A stretch of 64,000 nucleotides of DNA from Chloroflexota bacterium. GTDB taxonomy: Bacteria > Chloroflexota > JAJPGV01. Under the pieces are notes generated by a model. That model worked only from the letters and a program-made list of their open reading frames with translations. It was not told the DNA's origin and did no database searches. Positions 55,318 to 64,000 of this stretch are shown here, one piece after another; within the stretch, counting starts at the first letter, position 1, and each line of letters starts with the position of its first letter. Location: NCBI GenBank assembly GCA_021325635.1, contig JAJPGV010000057.1, forward strand, positions 7,238-71,237. The letters are read 5' to 3'. The translations under genes were made by a program, and so were the position numbers.

Positions 55318-55394
55318 CTGTCATTCGGCCTGGGTTGTGCGGTTCGAACATCCGATCCTGAATCCTGCAGCATTCCGGTCGAGCACGCACCTTC

Positions 55395-56300
55395 ATGTCT
55401 AGCTGGTTCCGGTTCATTGCCGAGCCCATGGCGCATGCACTGGTGTTCCTGGCCCAGAGTCTGGGCAGCGCCGGTATAGCGATCATCATCTTCACGCTCG
55501 GCGTGAAGTTCTTGCTGGTGCCGCTCACCCTGCAGCAGCTCAAGTCGAGCAAGGCCATGCAGGAGCTGCAGCCGCACATCCAGGAGCTGCAGCGCAAGTA
55601 CAAGGGCGACAAGCAGAAGCTCACCGAGGAGACCATGGCGCTCTACAAGGAGCACAAGGTCAACCCCGCGGCAGGCTGCTTGCCCCTGCTGGTGCAGCTG
55701 CCCATCCTCTATGGCTTGTACGGGGCCCTCATTGCCCTGGGCAATACCTGCGCCCAAAAGGCCGCGGACGGGCAGTGCATTCCTGATCCGCTGTTCAATC
55801 CGATGTTCGCCCAGCCGTTCCTGTGGCTGAACGGGCATTTCACCAGCGCCGCGGGCCAGGTGCTCACCGGCCTGGCCGCACCCGATCCATGGCACATCTT
55901 GCCGGTGCTGTGCGTGGTCACCCAGTGGATTCAGCAGCGCATGATGATGACGCAGCGCCAGGCCGACCCTCAGCAGGCGGCGATGCAGTCCATGATGCAG
56001 TTCATGCCGCTGCTCATTGGGGTATTCGCGTGGAACCTGTCAGCGGGCTTGCCTTTGTACTGGGCGGTGTCGACGATCTTCAGCATCGTCCAGCAGTACT
56101 TCATCACCGGGACGGGCAAGCTTTTCGAGCGGCCTACGTTCGGCGGGCTGGGTGGATTGCTTGGTGGAGGCCCCGGGGGCAATGGGGCTTCGAGGAGCGG
56201 CGGAGCGGGTACGTCGCGCAATGGTCGTGAGCCGCGCCGCTCAGGGGCCACGCCACCGAAGGCGAGCCCTCCCAGCGGACGTACCAGACGGAGGCGGTAA
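55395..56300 (+). CDS. yidC: Membrane protein insertase YidC (short form)
   Basis: GIAIIIFTLGVK.LL.PL, LQPHIQELQRKYK, NPAAGCLPLLVQLPIL and GLPLYW motifs. Confidence 0.93.
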   Translation: MSSWFRFIAEPMAHALVFLAQSLGSAGIAIIIFTLGVKFLLVPLTLQQLKSSKAMQELQPHIQELQRKYKGDKQKLTEETMALYKEHKVNPAAGCLPLLVQLPILYGLYGALIALGNTCAQKAADGQCIPDPLFNPMFAQPFLWLNGHFTSAAGQVLTGLAAPDPWHILPVLCVVTQWIQQRMMMTQRQADPQQAAMQSMMQFMPLLIGVFAWNLSAGLPLYWAVSTIFSIVQQYFITGTGKLFERPTFGGLGGLLGGGPGGNGASRSGGAGTSRNGREPRRSGATPPKASPPSGRTRRRR

Positions 56301-56344
56301 TTTCGGCGCCGGTGGCCGGCGCTCATAAGGGGCAGAAGTAGGGT

Positions 56345-57091
56345 ATGGAGACAGTAGAAGTCACGGGTAAGACGGTGGATGAGGCCATAGCGGCAGCGTC
56401 CTCCAAGCTGGGTATTCCGGCCGATCGGCTCGACTATCGGATTGTCAGCGAGGGCAGCAAGGGTATTCTGGGCATCGGGGCCGAAGAGGCCAAGATTATC
56501 GTCAGCGTTGAGCCTGCGCTTGCACCGGGTGAAAGCAAGCCCGCCCCGGCGCGGGTCGCGGCCGTGCCGGCGCGAACGGAAGCCCCAGAGGAGGCCGCCG
56601 CCGAACAGGCCGGCGCTCCGGGCGAGGGCGCGCCGCGAGTGCAGATCGAGGACGCGCCCGATCTCGCAGCCGACCTGCTGGAGGAGCTGCTGGACAAGAT
56701 GGGCATCGACGCCGAGGTCGAGGTCCGTGAAGAAGACCCGATCACCCTGAACGTCATCGGGGATGACCTGGGTATCCTCATCGGCCGCCGCGGCGAAACG
56801 TTATCGGCCCTGCAATTCATCGTCAACCAGATCCTCAACCACCAAACCGGCCACTGGCTGAGCGTCATCGTTGACGCCGAGGACTATCGCCTGCGTCGGG
56901 AGGAGCAGCTCAAGGGCCTGGCCCGCCGCATGGCCGATCGTGCGCGCTACTACCGCCAGCCGGTGACGCTGGAGCCGATGCCGCCGCATGAGCGGCGCAT
57001 CATCCACATGGCCCTGGCCGAGCACGGCAGCGTGGTTACGCACAGCATCGGCGAGGGCGACGAACGCCGGGTGGTTATCACCCCCAAGTAG
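56345..57091 (+). CDS. jag: Jag/EloR (KhpB) RNA-binding protein (Jag-N, KH, R3H)
   Basis: GKTVDEAI, LIGRRGETLSALQ and LEPMPPHERRIIH motifs. Confidence 0.93.
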   Translation: METVEVTGKTVDEAIAAASSKLGIPADRLDYRIVSEGSKGILGIGAEEAKIIVSVEPALAPGESKPAPARVAAVPARTEAPEEAAAEQAGAPGEGAPRVQIEDAPDLAADLLEELLDKMGIDAEVEVREEDPITLNVIGDDLGILIGRRGETLSALQFIVNQILNHQTGHWLSVIVDAEDYRLRREEQLKGLARRMADRARYYRQPVTLEPMPPHERRIIHMALAEHGSVVTHSIGEGDERRVVITPK

Positions 57092-57099
57092 GTTCTCCT

Positions 57100-57945
57100 T
57101 TGAACACGCCCGACCTGGTGGTCGTCGGCCACGTCTGCCGTGACGTGACAACCACGCCGCCCGGCTGGCGCTTGGGCGGCCCAGCCTTCTATGCGGCCAG
57201 CGCGGCAGCCAAGCTGGGAGCCGCTGTGGGCGTGGTAACGGCCGGGGCCGCTGAAGTGGATCTCCTGGAGCAGATCCCCAGTGCGACGGTGGTGAGCCTA
57301 GACGCGCGCCGCTCGACCTCATTCGAGAATCGCTACGGGCCGAACGGGCGGACGCAATACCTGCGTGCTCTGGCTCCGCCGATCCCAGCCGATCTGATCC
57401 CGCCGGAATGGACCAAGACGAAGTTGGCGCTGCTCGCCCCTGTGGCGGGCGAAGTTCCGCCCGCTCTGGCCCGTGCCTTCCCGCATGCCTTGCTTGGTGT
57501 GAGCCCCCAAGGCTGGCTGAGGCAGTGGGATAGCTCCGGCCAGGTGCGGTATCGCTCCTGGGAGCGGCCCGAGGAGGTGCTCTCCCACGCCACGGCCGTC
57601 ATCTTCAGCGAAGAGGATCTGAGCGGCCAGCGCGCCGGTTGGTTGAGCTATCCGGGTCCCATCATGGTGATGACCCGAGGATCCGCGGGCTGTCAGCTCA
57701 CCTATCGAGGCAAGCGGCGCGACGTGCCGGGTTTCGCGACGGACGAAGTGGATCCCACGGGCGCCGGGGACGTTTTCGCCGCGGCGTTTTTGCTCAAGCT
57801 TGGAGAGGAGCGAGAGCCTTTGGCGGCGGCGCGCTTCGCCAATGCAGTGGCTTCGTTCTCGGTTCAGGCGACGGGAACGGACGGCCTGCCGACGAACGAG
57901 GAGGTTGCTGCTCGGCTGCGCGACGTCGATCTCGCCCTACACTAG
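57100..57945 (+). CDS. PfkB family carbohydrate kinase
   Basis: VVGHVCRD, LGGPAFYA and DPTGAGDVFAAAF motifs. Confidence 0.88.
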   Translation: MNTPDLVVVGHVCRDVTTTPPGWRLGGPAFYAASAAAKLGAAVGVVTAGAAEVDLLEQIPSATVVSLDARRSTSFENRYGPNGRTQYLRALAPPIPADLIPPEWTKTKLALLAPVAGEVPPALARAFPHALLGVSPQGWLRQWDSSGQVRYRSWERPEEVLSHATAVIFSEEDLSGQRAGWLSYPGPIMVMTRGSAGCQLTYRGKRRDVPGFATDEVDPTGAGDVFAAAFLLKLGEEREPLAAARFANAVASFSVQATGTDGLPTNEEVAARLRDVDLALH

Positions 57946-58057
57946 AAGCGTGGCCAGCATGACGAGTTGGCGGCATTCGCAGGGCATGGAAACTGCTGTA
58001 GGGCGGGTGGTCGGTCCGTCATCTTTGCAGGCTAACCACGGAAGGAGCTGACCAGGC

Positions 58058-58447
58058 GTGCGTGAGACCTCGTCGCTAGTGGACCTTGGGCGCGTGCTTA
58101 TTGACGACGCCCGCGATCTCATCCGCAAGGAGATCGAGCTGGCCAAGGTCGAGCTGCTCGATCTGGTCAAAACCAATGCCATCGCCGTTGGGTTGTTCCT
58201 TGGCGCGCTGCTGGTGGCGTTGATCGCCTTCATCATGCTGCAGGTGGCGTTCATCCTGACGTTTCGTCCGAGCGTTCAGTACATCGTGGCCTGGTCGATC
58301 TTTGGCTTATGGCTCATCCTTACCGCTGTGCTGGTACTGGTGGGGCGATCGAAGCTCAAGTTCAAGCCGCCGGAGAAGACCATCTCAACGATCAAAGGAG
58401 ACATCGAGTGGGCCAAAGGGCAGATTCGCTCGAACGGGAAATCCTAG
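58058..58447 (+). CDS. Actinobacterial-type phage-holin-family (Holin-X-like) membrane protein
   Basis: DARDLIRKEIELAKVEL, two TM helices, PPEKTI.TIK.DIEW. Confidence 0.8.
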   Translation: MRETSSLVDLGRVLIDDARDLIRKEIELAKVELLDLVKTNAIAVGLFLGALLVALIAFIMLQVAFILTFRPSVQYIVAWSIFGLWLILTAVLVLVGRSKLKFKPPEKTISTIKGDIEWAKGQIRSNGKS

Positions 58448-58947
58448 ATACCCGTCATCGGATGGGCCAGACCATCGACCGCATGGAGCATGAGTTTCGG
58501 CGGGCGGTGGACTGGAAAGCGCGAGTCATGGACAACCCCGTGCCGTACGTTGTGGGAGCCCTTGGCGTGGCCTATCTCTTGGTCGGCGGTCCTCGCCGCA
58601 CGGCGGCCTTCGTTCGCAGCCGCCGGCCGAAGCCCAAGACCAGGGTCGAGAAGCTCGTGGAGAGCTTGCCGGAGCCGCTGGCCCAACGCTTCGCCCCCGT
58701 GACGCACGACATCATCGAAGACCTGAGTGAGATCCCGGACAATCTGCGCAAGACTGTCCGCGAGCTGCAGAAGGAGCGCGCCAAGCAGCAGCAAAAGGAA
58801 GAGGAGGAGCGGCTGAAGCGGGCCGCCAAGGCCACTATGGTCGAGCGGCTAGCGCTTCGCGCGGCTGAGGCCGCGGGCGCTGCCGCGGCCGGCATCGCCG
58901 TGAAGGTGGTTACCGACAGGCTGCTGAAGGATCACAGCCACACGTAG
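58408..58947 (+). CDS. DUF3618-like protein
   Basis: AAAGGAG RBS before GTG 58408; LEREILDTRHRMGQTID.M pattern and a TM segment. Confidence 0.7.
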   Translation: MGQRADSLEREILDTRHRMGQTIDRMEHEFRRAVDWKARVMDNPVPYVVGALGVAYLLVGGPRRTAAFVRSRRPKPKTRVEKLVESLPEPLAQRFAPVTHDIIEDLSEIPDNLRKTVRELQKERAKQQQKEEEERLKRAAKATMVERLALRAAEAAGAAAAGIAVKVVTDRLLKDHSHT

Positions 58948-59006
58948 GCGGATATGGACGCTGCCAGCCCTCTGGCCAGCGACACAGTCACTTCTCGTGG
59001 AAGTGA

Positions 59007-59309
59007 CTACTCTTCCGGGACGGCCTCGGTCGGGTCGGAGACGGCTTCCGTGGTTGGCTCCAACATCATGCGGAGCTTGCTCGTCTCGAGGATGTCGATG
59101 GCCTCATCGACGATCGCGTGCGTGTCCAGAGCGGGCTCGATCACGTATACGACCTTGGGCCAATTAACCGATCGCCAGCAGCGCTGCAGGCAGTCACTGG
59201 AGCAGAACCGCATTTCGCGGCAGTCCTTGTTCTTGCAGGACTCTTCATATGACTTGCAGTGATAGGCGTTGTATGTGATTTTCTTTCCGCATCCCGGGCA
59301 GGTCAGCAT
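59007..59309 (-). CDS. Small Cys-rich zinc-finger protein (MYND/TRASH-like)
   Basis: CPGC-x10-C-x6-C-x4-C-x5-C-x3-C-x3-CW with acidic tail. Confidence 0.65.
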   Translation of the reverse strand: MLTCPGCGKKITYNAYHCKSYEESCKNKDCREMRFCSSDCLQRCWRSVNWPKVVYVIEPALDTHAIVDEAIDILETSKLRMMLEPTTEAVSDPTEAVPEE

Positions 59310-59410
59310 GTCGTCGGTTCCACCTTGTGTACTTCGGGGGGTTGTACAAGGAGCATAAGCGTGCCAAAAAGTGAGCGTCAAAGAGCTAGTACTTAGGTCA
59401 CCGTTAACAC

Positions 59411-61969
59411 ATGGCTAACGCCAGGAAGCGGCAGTTCCTGGAAATCGAGGGCCGGCAGGTCGAGGTCACGAACCTCGATAAGGTGCTGTTCCCGGCCGAT
59501 CGCTTTACCAAGGGCGACCTGATCGACTACTACATCCGGATCGCGCCCTTCGTGCTGCCGTACGTCGCGGATCGCCCAATGAGCATGCACCCATATCCCG
59601 ACGGCATCCAGGATGGCGCGCACTTCTGGCAGAAGGACGTGCCTGATTGGGCGCCGGAGTGGCTGCGCACGTTCCGCTACGAAGCCATCGAAGACAAGAA
59701 GGTCTTGCGCTGGGCGCTCGTCAACGACCTGCCGAGCTTGATCTGGGTGGCCAACCATGCCTCTATCGAGCTGCATCCTTGGAGCTCTCGCTTCGACCGC
59801 CCGGAGTATCCCGACTGGGCGCTGTTCGACCTGGATCCCTCGGAGCCTGCCGGCTTCGAGGAGTGCCGAGTGATCGCGGGACTGATCAAGGTCGCGCTCG
59901 ACCGCCTGGGCCTGCGCGCCTATGCGAAGACCACCGGCCAGCGCGGCCTGCAGATCTACGTGCCCATCGTGCGCGAGTACCGGTACGACGTGGTGCGGGA
60001 GTGGGTTCACCACATAGCCGCCATGATTCAGTCGGTTCGACCCGACATCGTGACCGACGAATGGGATACGCGCCGCCGGGCCGGCAAGGTCAGGATCGAT
60101 TACACGCAGATGGTGCTCGGCAAGACATTGGTTGCGCCGTACGCCGTGCGGCCGCGCGATGGTGCGCCGGTGTCGGCGCCGCTGGCTTGGGAAGAGCTCG
60201 ACGATCCCGATCTGCAGCCGGACGGCTGGAACATCAGGACCATCTTCGACCGTCTGGCCGATAAGGGGGATCTCTTCGCCGGCGCCCTCCAGTTCGACCA
60301 GCGCCTGCCGAACCTGGGGCAAGCGCTGGGCTCGAGCGCTGCCAGCTCAGCGCCACGCGCAGACGGAGAGACCGCCAAGCTGGCCGAGTACAACCGCAAG
60401 AGGGATTTCAGGGTCACGTCGGAGCCTTCGGGCAGGATCCTGGAGCGGGCCAGAGGCGACCCGGCACGGTTCTGCGTGCAGAAACACCGAGCTTCGCACC
60501 TGCATTACGACTTCCGCCTGGAGAAGGACGGCGTGCTGCTCTCCTGGGCGATTCCGAAGGGGCCCAGCCTCGATCCCTCCGAAAAGCGCCTCGCGATGCA
60601 CGTGGAGGATCACCCGGTCGAGTACCTGGAGTTCGAGGGCACGATCCCCGAGGGAGAGTATGGTGGCGGCACGGTGATGCTGTGGGACCTGGGCACCTAC
60701 GAGGAGCAGCCGGATTCGAAAGGCAATAACCTCAAGCTCGTGCTGCACGGCCGCAAGCTGCAGGGCGAGTTCGCGCTGGTCAAGACCGGCGGCGGAGACA
60801 AGCAGTGGCTGCTCATCAAGAAGCGAGATGAGGCGGCGGGGCGGCCGGTTGACGACGATCATTCGGTCAAGTCGGGACGAACCCTGGACGAGATTGCCGC
60901 GGGACAGGGGGCCGTATGGTTCAGCGACCTGCCGGCGGAATCGGCCCAGATCGATCTGGACCAAGCACCGCCGGCGCCCATGCCTCGTTCCCTGGAGCCG
61001 ATGATGGCCACGCTGATCGAGCAGCCGTTCTCCAATCCCCAGTGGCTTTTCGAGCTGAAGTTCGATGGCATCCGGGCGCTGGCCTTCGTCGACGGGGAGC
61101 GGGTGCGTCTCATGACGCGGCGCGGCCATGATTGCACCACGCAGTACCCGGAGCTCGGCACCATCCGGCGCGAGCTGAACGCGTCGCAAGCGATCCTGGA
61201 TGGCGAGATCGTGGCTTACGACGAACGGGGTGTGCCTGACTTCCATCTGTTGCAGCAGCGCATGAACCTGCAGCGCTCAGCCGACATCCAGCGAGCTCAA
61301 ACGGAATACCCCGTGGGCTACCAGGTGTTCGACCTGCTGTATCTCGATGGACGCGATCTGCGGAAGCTCCCGCTCCTGCAGCGCAAAGCGCTGCTGAAGC
61401 GTGCGGTCGCCTCCAAGGGATTCGTGTTCTACACCGAGCACATCCCCGAGCAGGGCGAAGCCTTCTTCGAGGCCGCTCGGCAGCGAGGGTTGGAAGGGGT
61501 GGTGGCCAAGCGCGGCGACAGCATCTATCAGCCCGGCCGGCGCAGCCGTGATTGGCTCAAGCTGAAGACGCACCGTGAGGTGGATTGCGTGATCGGCGGC
61601 TGGACCGAGGGCGCGGGAGCGCGCAAGGCGCTGGGCGCCCTGGTGCTGGGACTGTACGACGCAGCCGGCGTCCTGCATTTCATCGGCAACTGCGGCAGCG
61701 GGTTCGATGACCGGGCGATCGAGGAGACACTTCGGCTGCTCGTGCCGCTTGAGGTCCCGAAGCATCCGTTCGATCGGAAGCCGGAGCCGCCTGAGAAGTA
61801 TCACTGGGTCGAGCCGCGCTACGTGTGCACCGTCAAGTACAGCAATTGGACGCCCGAGAAGAGGCTGCGCCACCCGGTGTTCATGCACATACGCACGGAC
61901 AAATCCCCCGAGGACTGCCTGCTCGAAGAGGAGCTGCCGCTAGCCAGCGTTCCCAACACAGCCGACTAG
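59411..61969 (+). CDS. ligD: NHEJ DNA ligase D (Pol-PE-Lig)
   Basis: TNLDKVLFP..TKGDLIDYY (polymerase); VQKHRASHLHYDFRLE (phosphoesterase); ELKFDG and EGVVAK (ligase). Confidence 0.95.
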   Translation: MANARKRQFLEIEGRQVEVTNLDKVLFPADRFTKGDLIDYYIRIAPFVLPYVADRPMSMHPYPDGIQDGAHFWQKDVPDWAPEWLRTFRYEAIEDKKVLRWALVNDLPSLIWVANHASIELHPWSSRFDRPEYPDWALFDLDPSEPAGFEECRVIAGLIKVALDRLGLRAYAKTTGQRGLQIYVPIVREYRYDVVREWVHHIAAMIQSVRPDIVTDEWDTRRRAGKVRIDYTQMVLGKTLVAPYAVRPRDGAPVSAPLAWEELDDPDLQPDGWNIRTIFDRLADKGDLFAGALQFDQRLPNLGQALGSSAASSAPRADGETAKLAEYNRKRDFRVTSEPSGRILERARGDPARFCVQKHRASHLHYDFRLEKDGVLLSWAIPKGPSLDPSEKRLAMHVEDHPVEYLEFEGTIPEGEYGGGTVMLWDLGTYEEQPDSKGNNLKLVLHGRKLQGEFALVKTGGGDKQWLLIKKRDEAAGRPVDDDHSVKSGRTLDEIAAGQGAVWFSDLPAESAQIDLDQAPPAPMPRSLEPMMATLIEQPFSNPQWLFELKFDGIRALAFVDGERVRLMTRRGHDCTTQYPELGTIRRELNASQAILDGEIVAYDERGVPDFHLLQQRMNLQRSADIQRAQTEYPVGYQVFDLLYLDGRDLRKLPLLQRKALLKRAVASKGFVFYTEHIPEQGEAFFEAARQRGLEGVVAKRGDSIYQPGRRSRDWLKLKTHREVDCVIGGWTEGAGARKALGALVLGLYDAAGVLHFIGNCGSGFDDRAIEETLRLLVPLEVPKHPFDRKPEPPEKYHWVEPRYVCTVKYSNWTPEKRLRHPVFMHIRTDKSPEDCLLEEELPLASVPNTAD

Positions 61970-61997
61970 CCTGGGTGTCCCTGTCATAATCCAGGCA

Positions 61998-62843
61998 GTG
62001 ATTGGCGCCACGGCATCGACTCCGGAACACAAGCTGGACGCGCTCCGACACGATCTCACCAACCTGGGCAGCGTGCTCGTGGCCTTCTCCGGCGGCGTGG
62101 ACAGCACGCTGCTGCTGAAGGTCGCTCACGACACCCTGGGCGCCCGCGCGGTGGGCGCCACCGGCGTTTCCCCCAGCGTCCCCCCGTCCGAGCTGGATGA
62201 GGCCAAGTCGCTGGCGGCGCACATCGGCGTCGAGCTGCTGCTGATCGACACCGCGGAGATGGAGAACGAGAGCTACGTCTCCAATCCTGCCAATCGCTGT
62301 TACTTCTGCAAGGATGAGCTCTTCGGCCGGCTGGAGCGGCTGGCCCGTGGGCGAGGCCTCAATGCCGTGCTCGACGGCTTCAATGCCGACGACCTCGGCG
62401 ATTGGCGGCCGGGTATGAAGGCGGCGCGCGAACGCGGCGTACGCAGCCCGTTGAAGGACGCCAACCTCACCAAGGCGGACATTCGACTCCTGTCGCAGCG
62501 CTATGGTCTGCCTACCTGGGACAAGCCGGCCATGGCCTGCCTCTCATCGCGCATTCCCTATGGCCAGCGGGTGACCGTAGACAAGCTGAGCCGCATCCAT
62601 GCCGCCGAGCAGTTCCTGCGCTCGCGCGGCTTCCGTGTGCTGCGCGTACGGCATCACGAGGACCGGGCGCGGGTGGAAGTGGGGCAGGATGAGCTGCCGC
62701 GCCTGCTCGACCCGAGCATGGCCGAGTCCGTCTCGGAACACCTCCGACAGCTGGGCTTCGCTGAGGTTGCCATCGATCCCCGCGGCTACCGCAGCGGCTC
62801 CTTGAACGAGGACTGGACCACGCGCGCAAAGGGTGAGGCCTAA
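61998..62843 (+). CDS. larE: LarE ATP-dependent sulfur transferase (nickel-pincer cofactor biosynthesis)
   Basis: AFSGGVDS PP-loop, RCYFCK, DWRPG, ACLSSRIPYG and LRVRHH motifs. Confidence 0.9.
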   Translation: MIGATASTPEHKLDALRHDLTNLGSVLVAFSGGVDSTLLLKVAHDTLGARAVGATGVSPSVPPSELDEAKSLAAHIGVELLLIDTAEMENESYVSNPANRCYFCKDELFGRLERLARGRGLNAVLDGFNADDLGDWRPGMKAARERGVRSPLKDANLTKADIRLLSQRYGLPTWDKPAMACLSSRIPYGQRVTVDKLSRIHAAEQFLRSRGFRVLRVRHHEDRARVEVGQDELPRLLDPSMAESVSEHLRQLGFAEVAIDPRGYRSGSLNEDWTTRAKGEA

Positions 62844-62861
62844 CCGCCCCTACCAACCTCT

Positions 62862-64000
62862 GTGATCGGCCATTTCGACTGCTTCTCCGGCGCAAGTGGG
62901 GACATGATCCTCGGTGCCTTCGTGGATGCCGGATGGACGGGGTTGGAAGAAGCCCTGTCCTGCTTGCAGGTGCCAGGTTGGAAGCTGCGGATCGAGCCTG
63001 TGCGCAAGCGGGGCCTGCCGGCGACGAAGGTGCACTTCGACCTGGATCCGGCGACCAGCGCCAGGCACCTCGATGACATGCTGCGGATCATCGAAGCCAG
63101 CGAGCTGCCCCAAACCGTGCGCGGCGCGGCCGAGGCAATCTTCCTGCGCCTGGGCACCATTGAGGCCGCGGTTCACGGCGTGCCCGTGGAAGAGGTCCAC
63201 TTCCATGAGCTGGGAGGCCTGGATACGCTCTTGGACATCGTCGGCGCTTGTGCCGGCTTTGGGCATTTCGGCTTCGGCTCGGTGTCCGTGTCGCCATTTG
63301 CCGTTGGCGGCGGAGTGGTCAAGACGATGCACGGCCTGCTCCCGGTCCCGACCCCGGCCACGGCGGCTCTGCTGCACGGCTGGCAGATCACGGCCGGTCC
63401 GGTGGATCGGGAGCTGACGACCCCCACCGGAGCGGCTATCCTGACGCATTTCGCCGCCTCCCAGGGTCTTCCACCGATGCATCTCCAGGCGGTGGCGCAC
63501 GGCGCGGGAACGCTGGAGCTCGAGCATCCGAACGTGCTGCGCCTGCTGTTGGGCGAGGAGGCCGCGGGGCAGCCAACGGAAACCGTGGTGGTGCTGGAAA
63601 CCATGGTTGACGACATGAGCCCTGAGCTGCTGCCGGTGGCCATGGAGGAGCTGTTCGCGGCGGGAGCGTTGGACGCTTTCGTCACCGTGGTGCAGGGCAA
63701 GAAGGGCCGGCCGGCAATGCTGATCACGGCTCTCGGGGCTCCCGGCAGCGAACAAACGCTCGGCGAGGTCTTGTTCCGGCACACGAGCACGATCGGAGTC
63801 CGGTATCGGTCCGAGCAGCGCCGCGTGCTCGCTCGCCACGAAGCCACGGTTGAAACTCGGTTTGGCCCAGTGAGGGTGAAGATCTCAGGAGAAGGATCGT
63901 GGCGCAAGGTCAAGCCGGAATTCGATGACTGCCGGCGGCTTGCCGCTGAACATTCCGTCGCGGTGGACGTGGTGATTCAAGCGGCGCTCAGAGCGGCTGA
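62862..64000 (+). CDS. larC: LarC nickel insertase (3' end runs off the window; not in ORF track)
   Basis: HFDCFSGASGDMILGA, VHFHELGGLD, HG.LPVPTPAT, ELTTPTGAAIL, KKGRP and KVKPEFDDC in one continuous frame. Confidence 0.92.
   Translation, partial: MIGHFDCFSGASGDMILGAFVDAGWTGLEEALSCLQVPGWKLRIEPVRKRGLPATKVHFDLDPATSARHLDDMLRIIEASELPQTVRGAAEAIFLRLGTIEAAVHGVPVEEVHFHELGGLDTLLDIVGACAGFGHFGFGSVSVSPFAVGGGVVKTMHGLLPVPTPATAALLHGWQITAGPVDRELTTPTGAAILTHFAASQGLPPMHLQAVAHGAGTLELEHPNVLRLLLGEEAAGQPTETVVVLETMVDDMSPELLPVAMEELFAAGALDAFVTVVQGKKGRPAMLITALGAPGSEQTLGEVLFRHTSTIGVRYRSEQRRVLARHEATVETRFGPVRVKISGEGSWRKVKPEFDDCRRLAAEHSVAVDVVIQAALRAA

Noticed and set aside
1-64000. CRISPR arrays, rRNA, transposases, prophage, selenocysteine read-through
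   Set aside because: No repeat-spacer periodicity, rRNA-like sequence, DDE/HUH/integrase motifs or in-frame TGA in conserved genes were seen.

Overview
High-GC bacterial chromosomal window. Gene style suggests Chloroflexota or a related monoderm lineage, which is an inference. I found no CRISPR array, rRNA, integrase or transposase. From left to right it contains: two-component receiver genes; a cobalamin riboswitch ahead of cbtB-cbtA; a large secreted glycoside hydrolase; a 2-oxoacid:ferredoxin oxidoreductase operon inside a stress-like cluster (two tandem USPs, GH15, AI-2E, LiaF-like, MgtA); an uncharacterised ubiquitin-like (C-terminal GG) gene translationally coupled to a membrane-anchored partner; a decayed DrrAB-type ABC relic; a MacB-type ABC pair; a G1 glutamic peptidase lipoprotein; tRNA-Tyr; GTAG-type REP-like hairpins; a hydantoinase/oxoprolinase cluster; a family 1 encapsulin with a downstream ferritin-like cargo; UdgX; orphan transport components; a GH130-FAD oxidoreductase-GT4-sigma70-P-type ATPase operon; trxB; cimA under an Ile-rich leader-peptide attenuator; rpmH-rnpA-yidD-yidC-jag without dnaA and with no canonical rnpA start codon; a MYND-like Cys-rich protein; ligD; and larE-larC. 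All calls come from reading motifs by eye. No database searches were run.
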